Virus record (IMG/VR): IMGVR_UViG_3300039191_000526
Length of the DNA: 20,000 bases
Strand: one strand, 5' to 3'
From: an uncultured virus (IMG/VR IMGVR_UViG_3300039191_000526)
Lineage: Duplodnaviria; Heunggongvirae; Uroviricota; Caudoviricetes
Below are positions 1 through 8,870 of the stretch, in pieces (position 1 is the first letter of the stretch; every line of letters starts with the position of its first letter). The notes under the pieces were generated by a model, which saw only the letters and a list, made by a program, of their open reading frames with translations, was not told the origin of the DNA and made no database searches. A program made the position numbers and the translations under genes.

Positions 1-674
1 TAAAAAGGTTTATAATAACAATCAATGCTTTTATTAGTTTCTTTTTGAATAATAGAATTAATCTTTGATAATCTTTCTTTATTATTATCCAATGTTAAAT
101 ATTTTTCTATAGTATAATTAAAAAACTTAACTTCTTGTTTAAAAGAATTAATTACGTTTTTAAATTTATTAATTTTGTTTTTTAATAAATCTAATGTATC
201 TTCTATATTAAATTTAATTGATATAACTTCTTTATTTTTTGAAATTAAACAGGAATAACACCATTGTTCCCATGTATTATTATTTGAAAAATTATGAGTT
301 GATTTAATTAATAAGGCTACATTTTCATTATAATGATTTTTATCTTTTATTACTAAAACTTTTTTATTTTTTATTTGATTATTTTTCATTATAACCCCAT
401 TATTTTTAGAATCATCATTAATACCACTCATATCTGCTTGTATTTGTCCCCCTTGAAAATCAAATAAACATTCTTTCCATTTTTTTGATAATATTAAATT
501 GGTAGTATTATTTATTAATTGTTCTTGTGACTCATAAATATTATCAATTTTAATAGTATCATGTTGAATTATTATTACTTGATCGCCTCTATTAATTTTA
601 TCAAATTTAACTTCTTTTAAATCTTTAGCTAATTCAACTTTAATATCCATTTTACCTTTAATTTTTATAGACAT
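1..674 (-). CDS. Hypothetical protein, truncated at window edge; probable paralog of 846..2075
   Basis: Not in the ORF track. Manual translation is open from ATG 674 to the edge (MSIKIKGKMDIKVELAKDLKEVKFDKINRGDQVIIIQ...YYKPF). RBS GGAGGT at about 682-687. Shares GDQ(V/I)I(I/L)IQ, NLILS and YKPF with 846..2075. Confidence 0.85.
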   Translation of the reverse strand, partial: MSIKIKGKMDIKVELAKDLKEVKFDKINRGDQVIIIQHDTIKIDNIYESQEQLINNTTNLILSKKWKECLFDFQGGQIQADMSGINDDSKNNGVIMKNNQIKNKKVLVIKDKNHYNENVALLIKSTHNFSNNNTWEQWCYSCLISKNKEVISIKFNIEDTLDLLKNKINKFKNVINSFKQEVKFFNYTIEKYLTLDNNKERLSKINSIIQKETNKSIDCYYKPF

Positions 675-845
675 ATTATCTACCTCCATTTTGTATGATT
701 CAAAAAGTGCAGCCATAAATATATTATAATAAATATATAAAAGAAATGATTTTTTTAACAAAAAAAATTTAAAAATATTTTAATAATAAATAGTTAGATA
801 TTAAATCTCCAAGCAAGTTGTCGATTTAATATCTAGAGCAGAGCT

Positions 846-2075
846 CTATTCTTTATTTATCTTAGTCATTTCATTTACTATTTCGAAACGTTCTTGCAAA
901 CAGTTTAATTTATCTTCATACATTTCTCTTATAGTACTATTTGCATAAATAAAATATCCCTTAATTTTTAAATATATATCGTAAGATCCAGAAAGAGTAT
1001 GGTGTGCATTAACTAATATACCATCTTTATCTTTATACAATATATATTCATTATTCTTTTCTCCCCCTTTATAATAATCTCCAGTTTCAGGATTAACTCC
1101 ATTATAATTAGTTTTAAATTTATACATTGCTTTAATAATTTTTAATTGTTCTTCAATTTCTGGTTTATAAGCTTTTTCACATTTTATTGTTTTATTATCA
1201 TGTTTAATTATATATCCTGAATTATATTCATAATTATTACGAAGATATGCTTTAATATTAAGAGCTTTATCTTTGTAAAAAGGCTTATAAAATCTATTAA
1301 AAATATCATTACCAAATTCATTTTTAATTAATTTTATTTTTTCTTTAGAATAATTATTTAAATGTTCTTGACAATTATAATTATAAAGTACTCTATAATT
1401 AAAAAATTTATCATATAATTTAGATTTAATTTGATTATTATTAACTAATTTATCAAGTAATTCACGAAAATTACTATTACTTAAAAATAATGATTCTTCA
1501 TTATCATTTAATATCATTATTCCTTTATTTGCATTCCATAATAATTTTTTATTACTAATATGATGGTTAAAATAAAAAACTATTATTGAGTCATTTGAAA
1601 TTGGTATAGAAATATATTGTATTTTATTAATTATTTCTTCATCATTATCATTAGTTATAGACCCAACAAAAGGGTTATTAATAGTATTTTTTTTATTAAA
1701 AATATTAGTATAAATATCTTTAGTAAAATTAAAATAATCAAAATTATCATGTGGTGACATACGATCTCTAAAAACTCTATAAGGTTTATTATTTATTATT
1801 AAAAATTGTTTATTTTCTACCTCATTTTTATATCCTATTTTTTTATGTTCATATTGTGGTTCTATAATTTTATTTTTAATACATGAAAAAGTATACAAAG
1901 AATTAAATCTAACATTTGATAATATTAAATTTTTTATTTGATTTACTTTTTTTTCTAATATTTCATTATATCTATTTTGTATTAATATAATTTGGTCACC
2001 TATTTTTAAATCATTATAATTAATTTTATCTAAATCATCAGTTTGATAAATATCTTCTTTTATTTTTTGTAACAT
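846..2075 (-). CDS. Hypothetical protein, 409 aa
   Basis: Long ORF with an AGGAGTG RBS overlapping the upstream stop codon; no recognisable motif. Confidence 0.85.
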   Translation of the reverse strand: MLQKIKEDIYQTDDLDKINYNDLKIGDQIILIQNRYNEILEKKVNQIKNLILSNVRFNSLYTFSCIKNKIIEPQYEHKKIGYKNEVENKQFLIINNKPYRVFRDRMSPHDNFDYFNFTKDIYTNIFNKKNTINNPFVGSITNDNDEEIINKIQYISIPISNDSIIVFYFNHHISNKKLLWNANKGIMILNDNEESLFLSNSNFRELLDKLVNNNQIKSKLYDKFFNYRVLYNYNCQEHLNNYSKEKIKLIKNEFGNDIFNRFYKPFYKDKALNIKAYLRNNYEYNSGYIIKHDNKTIKCEKAYKPEIEEQLKIIKAMYKFKTNYNGVNPETGDYYKGGEKNNEYILYKDKDGILVNAHHTLSGSYDIYLKIKGYFIYANSTIREMYEDKLNCLQERFEIVNEMTKINKE

Positions 2076-2079
2076 TATA

Positions 2080-2667
2080 TCACTCCTTATATTGTACTAA
2101 AAAAGGTTTATCATAGATTCCATGCCACGCTTCATATTTGTCTTGAATTTTTTTAAACTCTTTATCTTCTATAAATTTAAGATGATCATGAAATTTATCA
2201 CACCCTGTGCATCCTCCATATCTTTCACCAATATAAATCATTTGTGCATTAGGATTAATTTCATGTAATTTTTTTAATACTTTATATGAAATATCATTTC
2301 TAAAATCAGGCCAACTTAATATTAATATATCAATTTGATCTCCATATTTTTCTATTGCTTTAATTGCATCAATTTTTTTAACTACTGTATAAGTATCATC
2401 CCATTCCCTATTACCCTTATTAAACCATGAATAATCATCTGTAGCAATAATCTTAACACCTTTTTGTTGTAAGGCATATGTTAACAAGCCCAGTCCTAAC
2501 ATAACCTCTAGGCACCTTCTAGAGCCTATCCAATCCGCTAAAGGATTTACCCATTTCCAATTAACATGAATATATCCATATTTTGTTATATACTCATCAC
2601 GTTTTTTATATTCTTCTAACATTCCATATGAAGGTTTGTAATTAGGTATTTCAATTTCTTTTGACAT
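2080..2667 (-). CDS. Putative class I SAM-dependent methyltransferase-like protein
   Basis: Motif I-like CLEVMLGLGLL, then IIATDD, DAIKAI, LILSWP and IYIGE..GGCTG. The start is probably ATG 2667 (MSKEIE), with RBS GAGGAGG at 2674-2680. Confidence 0.7.
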   Translation of the reverse strand: MSKEIEIPNYKPSYGMLEEYKKRDEYITKYGYIHVNWKWVNPLADWIGSRRCLEVMLGLGLLTYALQQKGVKIIATDDYSWFNKGNREWDDTYTVVKKIDAIKAIEKYGDQIDILILSWPDFRNDISYKVLKKLHEINPNAQMIYIGERYGGCTGCDKFHDHLKFIEDKEFKKIQDKYEAWHGIYDKPFLVQYKE

Positions 2668-2689
2668 ATTATTCCTCCTCACATTTAAT

Positions 2690-2718
2690 ATTATAACATA
2701 CTTTTATTTTATTGTAAA
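2690..2718 (-). promoter_or_regulatory. SigA-type promoter TTTACA-N17-TATAAT with extended -10 TG
   Basis: Plus strand reads attata at 2690-2695 and tgtaaa at 2713-2718, with a 17-nt spacer. Confidence 0.8.
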
Positions 2719-2742
2719 TAGTTTTTAAATAAAAACAAAAAA

Positions 2743-2764
2743 AATACACCAATTAAGGTGTATT
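2743..2764 (-). terminator. Intrinsic terminator with UUAAUU loop
   Basis: aatacacc-aattaa-ggtgtatt hairpin followed by a U tract on the minus strand, at the stop of 2763..3776. Confidence 0.8.
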
Positions 2765-3776
2765 ATAAACTTAATGATAATAATGTTACAATATCATCAA
2801 AATTATAAAATTTCCATTCTCTATGAGTTTTTTGATTTTTATTTAAACATTGAGAAATACCTACTTGATTTAAATTATTTTTATTAGCAAATTTATTTTG
2901 GTTATTGAAAAAATACCATCTATTATTTTTATCAATTCCTATATATTTTGGTTGTAATTTTTTATTTTCTTTTACATATTCTTGTTGTACTTCAGACATT
3001 TTATTCCATTTTTTGTACTTTAAAAAATACCATCCATTATGGATATGATTTTTATTAATAGAAGCTGATATACTATTTGCAGATAAATTATGTTTTTTAG
3101 CAAATTTTCTTTGATTATTAAATTCATAAACATTTCCTTTAGGATTTATTCCAATATAATTAGGACTTACAATTTTATTGATAATTTTTTGTTTTTTCTT
3201 TTTATTAAAATTATTCCATTCATCATATTTATAAAAATCCCATCCATAGTGAAAATTAAATTTTTTATTAACACAATCAGAAATTGATTCTTGAAGTAAA
3301 TTGTGTTTTTTAGCAAATCTATTTTGGTTACTAAATTTATAAATTTCACCATTAGAATCAATTCCTATATAAAAAGGTTTTTTAGTTTTATATTTTTTTA
3401 TATTATTTTTTATTGATTTACTAAAATTATCCCATTCTTGTTTTATATAAAATTTCCATCCTTTATGAAAATTAGCTGTTTTATTAATACAGGCTGATAT
3501 ATTATTTGAACGTAAATTATGTTTTCTAGCAAATTCACTTTGATTATTAAATATATGTACTTTTCCACTAGGAGAAATACCTACATAAGTAGATTTTTGT
3601 TTCCATTCATTATAATAATAAAATAACCATTTTTTATGAGTATTTTGACGATTATTTAAACAAGCTGATATACATTTGTAGTTTAAATCATATTTTTTAG
3701 CAAAGTCTTTTTGGTTATTAAAATAATTTAATTTTCCTTTAGGACTAATTCCAGCATATTTATATACTGTTGACAT
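2763..3776 (-). CDS. Protein of five tandem NUMOD1/IENR1-like helix-turn-helix repeats; no nuclease domain seen
   Basis: Five repeats of about 48 aa: YxGIxxxGxxxxFNNQxxFAKKHNLxxxxISxCxNxxxxxHxGWxFY. RBS AAGGAGTGG. Confidence 0.75.
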   Translation of the reverse strand: MSTVYKYAGISPKGKLNYFNNQKDFAKKYDLNYKCISACLNNRQNTHKKWLFYYYNEWKQKSTYVGISPSGKVHIFNNQSEFARKHNLRSNNISACINKTANFHKGWKFYIKQEWDNFSKSIKNNIKKYKTKKPFYIGIDSNGEIYKFSNQNRFAKKHNLLQESISDCVNKKFNFHYGWDFYKYDEWNNFNKKKKQKIINKIVSPNYIGINPKGNVYEFNNQRKFAKKHNLSANSISASINKNHIHNGWYFLKYKKWNKMSEVQQEYVKENKKLQPKYIGIDKNNRWYFFNNQNKFANKNNLNQVGISQCLNKNQKTHREWKFYNFDDIVTLLSLSL

Positions 3777-3840
3777 CTTACCACTCCTTATTTTTTATTT
3801 ATTATTATAATATAATAACCAATAAGACTTTTTAACAAAA

Positions 3841-3870
3841 AAAGCTATGTATTTAAAAATACATAGCTTT
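3841..3870 (-). terminator. Intrinsic terminator
   Basis: aaagctatgtattt-aa-aaatacatagcttt inverted repeat with a U tract on the minus strand. Confidence 0.75.
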
Positions 3871-3882
3871 AATAAATAATTT

Positions 3883-4230
3883 TTATATTTTTTCTATTTC
3901 ATTAGGTGCTAAAGTGTGTATATCAACTTTAAATAATACATTATCTTTTTTTAAAGTTACAATACGTCCAACCTTTATAATAGTTGCTTCTATTGGAGCG
4001 TTAATTTTTATGTATACTCCTTTTTTACTAATAAATGGATATTGAGTTAATTTTTCTATTAAAGTGGGGTGTATTAATTCATTCATTATTTTTTCTTTAT
4101 CAGTTTCAATAAGTTTAATAAAATTATCTTTTTTAACATGATCTTCAATTTCATAAGAAAGTGTTTGCAAAAGTTTAACTTTTTTGCCTTTATCCTTTGA
4201 AGTAAAATTAATAGGTTTCGCACTATTCAT
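3883..4230 (-). CDS. Hypothetical protein, probable paralog of 14771..15100
   Basis: The true start is probably ATG 4230 (MNSAKP), with RBS AGGAGGTG. The track's upstream extension runs through a promoter and a terminator. Confidence 0.8.
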   Translation of the reverse strand: MNSAKPINFTSKDKGKKVKLLQTLSYEIEDHVKKDNFIKLIETDKEKIMNELIHPTLIEKLTQYPFISKKGVYIKINAPIEATIIKVGRIVTLKKDNVLFKVDIHTLAPNEIEKI

Positions 4231-4254
4231 TGTATCACCTCCTTTATTAATTAT

Positions 4255-4283
4255 ATTATAACATATTAATATAGTTTTGTAAA
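4255..4283 (-). promoter_or_regulatory. SigA-type promoter TTTACA-N17-TATAAT
   Basis: attata at 4255-4260 and tgtaaa at 4278-4283, with extended -10 TG. Confidence 0.8.
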
Positions 4284-4310
4284 CATTTTTTAAAAAAATA
4301 ATAATAAAAA

Positions 4311-4332
4311 AATGCACCAATTAAGGTGCATT
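4311..4332 (-). terminator. Intrinsic terminator with UUAAUU loop
   Basis: aatgcacc-aattaa-ggtgcatt plus a U tract, just after the ruvC stop. Confidence 0.8.
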
Positions 4333-4336
4333 ATAA

Positions 4337-4957
4337 TTATTCTTCTATATTATATATTTCTTTATCAATAATTCCATGAATTTCTTTTTGGTTTTTTGCT
4401 AATACTTCTTTATCATGTTTATATTTATTTGAGTTATATTCATCAGTACTCATTCCATCCATTAAATAATAAGTCAATGCCGCTGAAGCTGCATCGGTAA
4501 CATCATCAGTAAATTCTTTAATAAAGTTAGTCCTACCAAATACTTCAAATATCTTTTCTGCAACTTCTTGTTTTATTTCATCTCCACTTTTCTTTGTCCC
4601 ATCTTCTTTTTTACGTTTCATACCATTTAATACTTTTGATTTTAAAGTCATTACTGAATAATAAGTATATGGTATTTCATATTGAGCAAATAATAATAAT
4701 GCAACCCCATGAACATGAGATAATTTACGTAATGTTTTAACATTTCTACTATAAAATTCTTGTTCAATTCCAATCTTATCAATATCATACTTATCTAAAA
4801 TACTGCTTAATATTTTATGAATTTTTAACATTGCTTTATCTTCTTCTAAATCATCAGTTGAAATGTATCCATAATCAATAATTTCAAATTCTTCATCATC
4901 AAATAAGAAAAACCCAGTACTACTTAAGCTTGGATCAATTCCTAGAATAGTTGACAT
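4337..4957 (-). CDS. ruvC: RuvC-like Holliday junction resolvase
   Basis: ILGIDPSLSSTG, IGIEQEF, LSHVHGV, K..IKQEV and DDVTDAASAA match the RuvC/RNase H-fold catalytic layout. Confidence 0.9.
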   Translation of the reverse strand: MSTILGIDPSLSSTGFFLFDDEEFEIIDYGYISTDDLEEDKAMLKIHKILSSILDKYDIDKIGIEQEFYSRNVKTLRKLSHVHGVALLLFAQYEIPYTYYSVMTLKSKVLNGMKRKKEDGTKKSGDEIKQEVAEKIFEVFGRTNFIKEFTDDVTDAASAALTYYLMDGMSTDEYNSNKYKHDKEVLAKNQKEIHGIIDKEIYNIEE

Positions 4958-4966
4958 ATTTTATCA

Positions 4967-5012
4967 CCCTACTTTTTTTATATTCTGTATTAATATAATA
5001 AAAAAAGTAGGG
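4967..5012 (-). promoter_or_regulatory. 14-bp inverted repeat covering the ruvC RBS, with the candidate promoter motif TTATTATATTAATA in its loop
   Basis: ccctacttttttta at 4967-4980 pairs with taaaaaaagtaggg at 4999-5012. The RBS AGGGTGA overlaps the downstream arm. Confidence 0.6.
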
Positions 5013-5036
5013 CAAAAAATTAGCAAATAATTTCAA

Positions 5037-5438
5037 TTATTTTTTAAAAGAAATGAATTCTTCAATATCTAATATTTCTTCACCATTAATATCTTGTTTA
5101 ATTGATATTTTAGGGCCTTTAGATTGACTATAACTAAAATAGACAGTATGTATATGTGGTATTGGCTTTCCATTTAATTTGATTATAGTATTATATGATT
5201 CTCCATTAGATAAAATTTCAACTTTATTTTTCATTTTATCAATTAGCGATTGTATTGGGGTTTTAATTAATATTTGTTTTGGAGTAAATTTTATATTACA
5301 ATAATCCTTTTCATCATCCAATGAAAATCTAGCTTCAGCTTTAAAAATATTATTCATTAAATTATTATTTACATATATAAGAGTATGGTTGGGATTATTA
5401 TAATCATATATTATCCTTAAATAATAGTCATTTTCCAT
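5037..5438 (-). CDS. Hypothetical protein, 133 aa
   Basis: ORF coupled to thyX, with RBS GGAGG inside the thyX 3' end. Confidence 0.8.
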   Translation of the reverse strand: MENDYYLRIIYDYNNPNHTLIYVNNNLMNNIFKAEARFSLDDEKDYCNIKFTPKQILIKTPIQSLIDKMKNKVEILSNGESYNTIIKLNGKPIPHIHTVYFSYSQSKGPKISIKQDINGEEILDIEEFISFKK

Positions 5439-5440
5439 TA

Positions 5441-6124
5441 TTATTCCTCCTTTTTTAACCCTTCACTAATCGACCTCTTTAATACTTCATCTTTTTTAGG
5501 CATTCGCCCACAACAATCACCTTCAGGACAATAACCTAAATATTCACAAGTAGAAACTAAATATTGTACTAAAAATGGTGATATTTTCTTAATTTCCTCT
5601 ACCATTTGTTTAGTCATTTCCCTAATTTCCCACTGTGCCCTTGTACATAGCCTTTTATGGCAAAATTCCATTAAACTTCTAAAATTCATTTTAGTTACTA
5701 TAATTGATTCAGTAGCATTTGGTAAAATAAATCTTGCATCTTCATTTGGAATACCATTATCAACCATCTTTTGATAAAGCTTTTTAATATTACCTATTTC
5801 TTCTTTAAAACTTTCTAATAATTCTTCATCTTGTTGGATTGTTTTTGGAATAACAATTCCAAATCCATCTTCATTTACATATCTTTGACTTCTTTGAGCA
5901 AAAGAAAAGTGCCTATGTCTTACTAATTGATGAGTTAAAGTTCTGCTTACCCCTGAAATTTCAAAATAAAAATCAGCAAATTCTGTAATAGAATAATGGC
6001 CTGATTCTAAACAATGTTTAACAATTCCTTTATGTGGTTTAGAATTATAACATTTACTAGCAGCATTAGCCATTGCTTCTACTGGATTATTTGTTGTATA
6101 TGTTTTATTTAATGTTACTTGCAT
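5441..6124 (-). CDS. thyX: Flavin-dependent thymidylate synthase
   Basis: Signature RHRHFSFAQRSQRY, plus GHYSITE, EDARFILP, MNFR and AQWEIR. Confidence 0.97.
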   Translation of the reverse strand: MQVTLNKTYTTNNPVEAMANAASKCYNSKPHKGIVKHCLESGHYSITEFADFYFEISGVSRTLTHQLVRHRHFSFAQRSQRYVNEDGFGIVIPKTIQQDEELLESFKEEIGNIKKLYQKMVDNGIPNEDARFILPNATESIIVTKMNFRSLMEFCHKRLCTRAQWEIREMTKQMVEEIKKISPFLVQYLVSTCEYLGYCPEGDCCGRMPKKDEVLKRSISEGLKKEE

Positions 6125-6183
6125 TATGATACCCCTTTCAATTTAACTATTTATATGTATTATATTAAATATATTATTATTTT

Positions 6184-7098
6184 TTAATTTTTATTTGATT
6201 TATTTAATTCAATTGAAACTAAATGGCTGTTTATTATTTCTTTTATTTTATCACTTGTCTTATTAAGTTCAATATATTTTTTAATTTTATCTATTAAATC
6301 ATTATCTATTATTAATGGATCACCTCTAAAATCAGTAGCAAAAATTCTATTATTGTTAATTTCATTAAGGATTATTTTAATTATTTTTTTATTAGTATTA
6401 TTTAAAAATAAATTTTCAAATAACATAGTACTTTCATAACGATTTAATATTTTTTGTAATCCATAATGTTTTAAAAATAATTCTTTTCCCTTAATAGTAT
6501 TAAATTTTATTTCATACATGCTATTTTTTTGTAAGAAATTTTCAGATGTGCTTTTATTTTTAAAAATAGATTTTAATATATCTACTTCTTCATTAGGTTG
6601 GATATGATTAGTTTTAAAATAATATATACAATCTTTAGGGTTATTTTTAAGATAATTAATATATTGTTGTTTTTCATTTATTGTATAATAAAATTTTCTA
6701 AAAAATTTATTCATTTTTTGTGGTGATTTCATTATAATAGGGAATAATATTTCTTTTTCTTTTGGAAAATAATTATATGATTTAAGAAACTTAAATGCCT
6801 CTTTTGGAATTGTTATATATTTTATTAATTTTAATCTTTCTTATTTACTAAGTAATGATAAATTAATTTTGGTTAAAAATGATACTAAATTATTTTGTGA
6901 AATTGTATTATTATGAATATTTTTAAAGATTCTTTTTAAAATATCCTTTCTTAAATGAGATTCACCATTAAATAGTTTAATAATAAATTTAAAATCGTGT
7001 TGAAATAAATATTTGTAAGCTTTATTTTTTATTTCAGAATCTAATTGGTAATTTTTAAGGGCATCATATGCTTGAATAGGGAGCTTAAAATTATTCAT
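6184..7098 (-). pseudogene. Single gene of about 304 codons interrupted by an in-frame TAA at 6841-6843
   Basis: ORFs 6841..7098 and 6184..6732 are in the same frame and the gap is open (...LSK*ERLKLIKYITIPKEAFKFLK...IIMKSPQK). An RBS is present only before 7098. Carries the shared C-terminal motif. Confidence 0.75.
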
Positions 7099-7102
7099 AT
7101 TA

Positions 7103-7378
7103 TCACTCCATTTCTATTTTATTTATTTCTTCTTTTATAATATTTTTATAATATTTTATAGAAGATAAAGCCGTTAAAAATAACCCAAATGCCCCAATAA
7201 ACCCCATACTAGCATAGTAAGGATGAATTATATTAATACCTTTATAATATGTTAATAGCCAACTAGTTGCACAGAATGTACAAAATGCTGTAGATAATAT
7301 TATAAGAGTAATTATTGGAATTGCATAAGAATAATGTAAAACTACTTTTTTAATAACTCTTTTTTGAACTTTAGTCAT
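7103..7378 (-). CDS. Small membrane protein with two hydrophobic segments
   Basis: Two hydrophobic stretches; RBS AGGAGGT. Confidence 0.8.
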   Translation of the reverse strand: MTKVQKRVIKKVVLHYSYAIPIITLIILSTAFCTFCATSWLLTYYKGINIIHPYYASMGFIGAFGLFLTALSSIKYYKNIIKEEINKIEME

Positions 7379-7436
7379 ATTAATACCTCCTTTAATATTT
7401 TATAATAAAACATTTTTTATTTTTTAACAAAAAAAT

Positions 7437-7460
7437 AAACACCAAAATTAATTGGTGTTT
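7437..7460 (-). terminator. Intrinsic terminator with UUAAUU loop
   Basis: aaacaccaa-aattaa-ttggtgttt plus a U-rich tail. Confidence 0.75.
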
Positions 7461-7473
7461 AAAAAAATATATT

Positions 7474-7713
7474 TTATTCTATATCTTCATAACTTTTACC
7501 ATATTTTTCTTCCCATTCTAATCTTTTATTAATAGCCATTTCCAATGCCTTTTCATAACCATATTTATTACATGAAAATGATTTTTTCTTTTTTATATTT
7601 TTATTTTGATATGATGCTATCCAATAATTATATTCTTTTACATTTGATCTTTTTTGATTACAATATACTCCTTTTATATCACATTTTTTATCTTCTTCTT
7701 TTATATTATCCAT
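7474..7713 (-). CDS. Single AP2-domain protein, internally deleted duplicate of 7829..8788
   Basis: KGV..YWIASY..KSFSCNKYGYEKALEMAINKRLEWE; near-identical at DNA level to the 3' end of the neighbouring gene. Confidence 0.8.
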   Translation of the reverse strand: MDNIKEEDKKCDIKGVYCNQKRSNVKEYNYWIASYQNKNIKKKKSFSCNKYGYEKALEMAINKRLEWEEKYGKSYEDIE

Positions 7714-7757
7714 ATTATCTACCCCCTATTAATTTTCCTTTTTACTTTACATTATAT

Positions 7758-7786
7758 ATTATAACATATAATAGACACCTTGTAAA
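7758..7786 (-). promoter_or_regulatory. SigA-type promoter TTTACA-N17-TATAAT
   Basis: attata at 7758-7763 and tgtaaa at 7781-7786. Confidence 0.8.
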
Positions 7787-7808
7787 TAGTTTTTTAATAA
7801 ACATTAAA

Positions 7809-7830
7809 AAAGAGAGAATTAACTCTCTTT
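7809..7830 (-). terminator. Intrinsic terminator with UUAAUU loop
   Basis: aaagagag-aattaa-ctctcttt. Confidence 0.75.
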
Positions 7831-8788
7831 ATTCTATATCTTCATAATTTTTACCATATTTATTTTCCCATTCTAATCTTTTATTAATAGCCATTTCTAA
7901 TGCTCCATCATAACCATATTTATTACATGAAAATGATTTTGATTTACTAATATTTTTTGTTTTATAGGATGCTCTCCAATATTTATATATATTCTTTTTT
8001 TGTTGTTCATAATAACTTACCCCAGGCATTTGTTGTTCTGTTTTTTTATATTTTTGAGCTTTTTGATAAGAACTTCCATTACCTATTACTAGATTTTCTT
8101 TTCTATAATCAAATGTATTTCTATTTTTATGGGAAATTCTTTTATTATAACTGAATAAAAAATGACCTAAAGTAATATTTTTCTCATTTTTTTTAGTTAC
8201 AGGGAGATTATCTTTTATATACCATTTAACTTTTTTTATTTTATATAAATATTTTAAATCTATTTTTATTTCATATAAATCACTTTTATTATTTATTATT
8301 AAGATAAAATAATCTTTATTAGGTAAAAATTTATAATAATTATACCACTTTTGACGTTGTTTAAATTGATCTTTAACCTTATCCCTTTTTTGAATAGCTA
8401 AATTAAAAGCTTTTTTAAAACCATATTTTTTAATACTATAATTTTTAGTTTGATTGCTACCTATGTATACTTCAAAATAATAACAGCTATTTACTTTTTG
8501 TAAATGTATTCCTTGAATATTTTTAATTTTTGTTTTATATTTTTTAATTTTTTCTTTGGTTATTTTGCCCTTATATATTTTACCATATTTATTTTCCCAT
8601 TCTTTACGTTTTTTAATAGCCATTTCCTTAGCTTTTTCAAATCCATATTTATTACATGAAAATGATTTTTGTTTTTTAATATTTTTATCTTTATTCTGAT
8701 ATTGTGCTATCCAATATTCATATATTTTTTTTGATTTAAGATAACTAACACCTTTTACATCACACTTTTTACTTTTTATATCACTCAT
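7829..8788 (-). CDS. AP2-AP2-HNH(degenerate)-AP2 protein of the HNH-AP2 endonuclease type
   Basis: Three AP2-like repeats (GV..W.A.Y...K.FS..KYG...A...AI..R). HNH-like segment LGHFLF..ISHKNRNTFDYRKENL. Likely start ATG 8788 with RBS GGAGGT. Confidence 0.75.
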   Translation of the reverse strand: MSDIKSKKCDVKGVSYLKSKKIYEYWIAQYQNKDKNIKKQKSFSCNKYGFEKAKEMAIKKRKEWENKYGKIYKGKITKEKIKKYKTKIKNIQGIHLQKVNSCYYFEVYIGSNQTKNYSIKKYGFKKAFNLAIQKRDKVKDQFKQRQKWYNYYKFLPNKDYFILIINNKSDLYEIKIDLKYLYKIKKVKWYIKDNLPVTKKNEKNITLGHFLFSYNKRISHKNRNTFDYRKENLVIGNGSSYQKAQKYKKTEQQMPGVSYYEQQKKNIYKYWRASYKTKNISKSKSFSCNKYGYDGALEMAINKRLEWENKYGKNYEDIE

Positions 8789-8841
8789 ATTATCTACCTC
8801 CAAATTATTTTTATTATTTTCCTTTTCACCTTACATTATAT

Positions 8842-8870
8842 ATTATAACATATAATAAACATTTTGTAAA
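8842..8870 (-). promoter_or_regulatory. SigA-type promoter TTTACA-N17-TATAAT
   Basis: attata at 8842-8847 and tgtaaa at 8865-8870. Confidence 0.8.

Noticed and set aside
3090..3361. Short ORFs 3090..3287 (+) and 3167..3361 (-)
   Set aside because: Shadow or alternative-frame ORFs inside the repeat protein gene, with no RBS.
4231..4320. N-terminal extension of ORF 3883..4320 (also 2668-2682 and 8789-8803)
   Set aside because: The extensions run across the RBS, promoter or terminator; the downstream ATGs have properly spaced RBSs.
4337..4957. RuvC protein as a TnpB/Cas12-like or transposase nuclease
   Set aside because: It is about 200 aa with a contiguous resolvase-type motif order, no zinc finger and no transposon ends.
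7545..8154. Plus-strand ORFs 7545..7847 and 7957..8154
   Set aside because: Antisense to the AP2 genes; their F/Y/L-rich composition is what the reverse of Lys/Asn-rich coding sequence produces.
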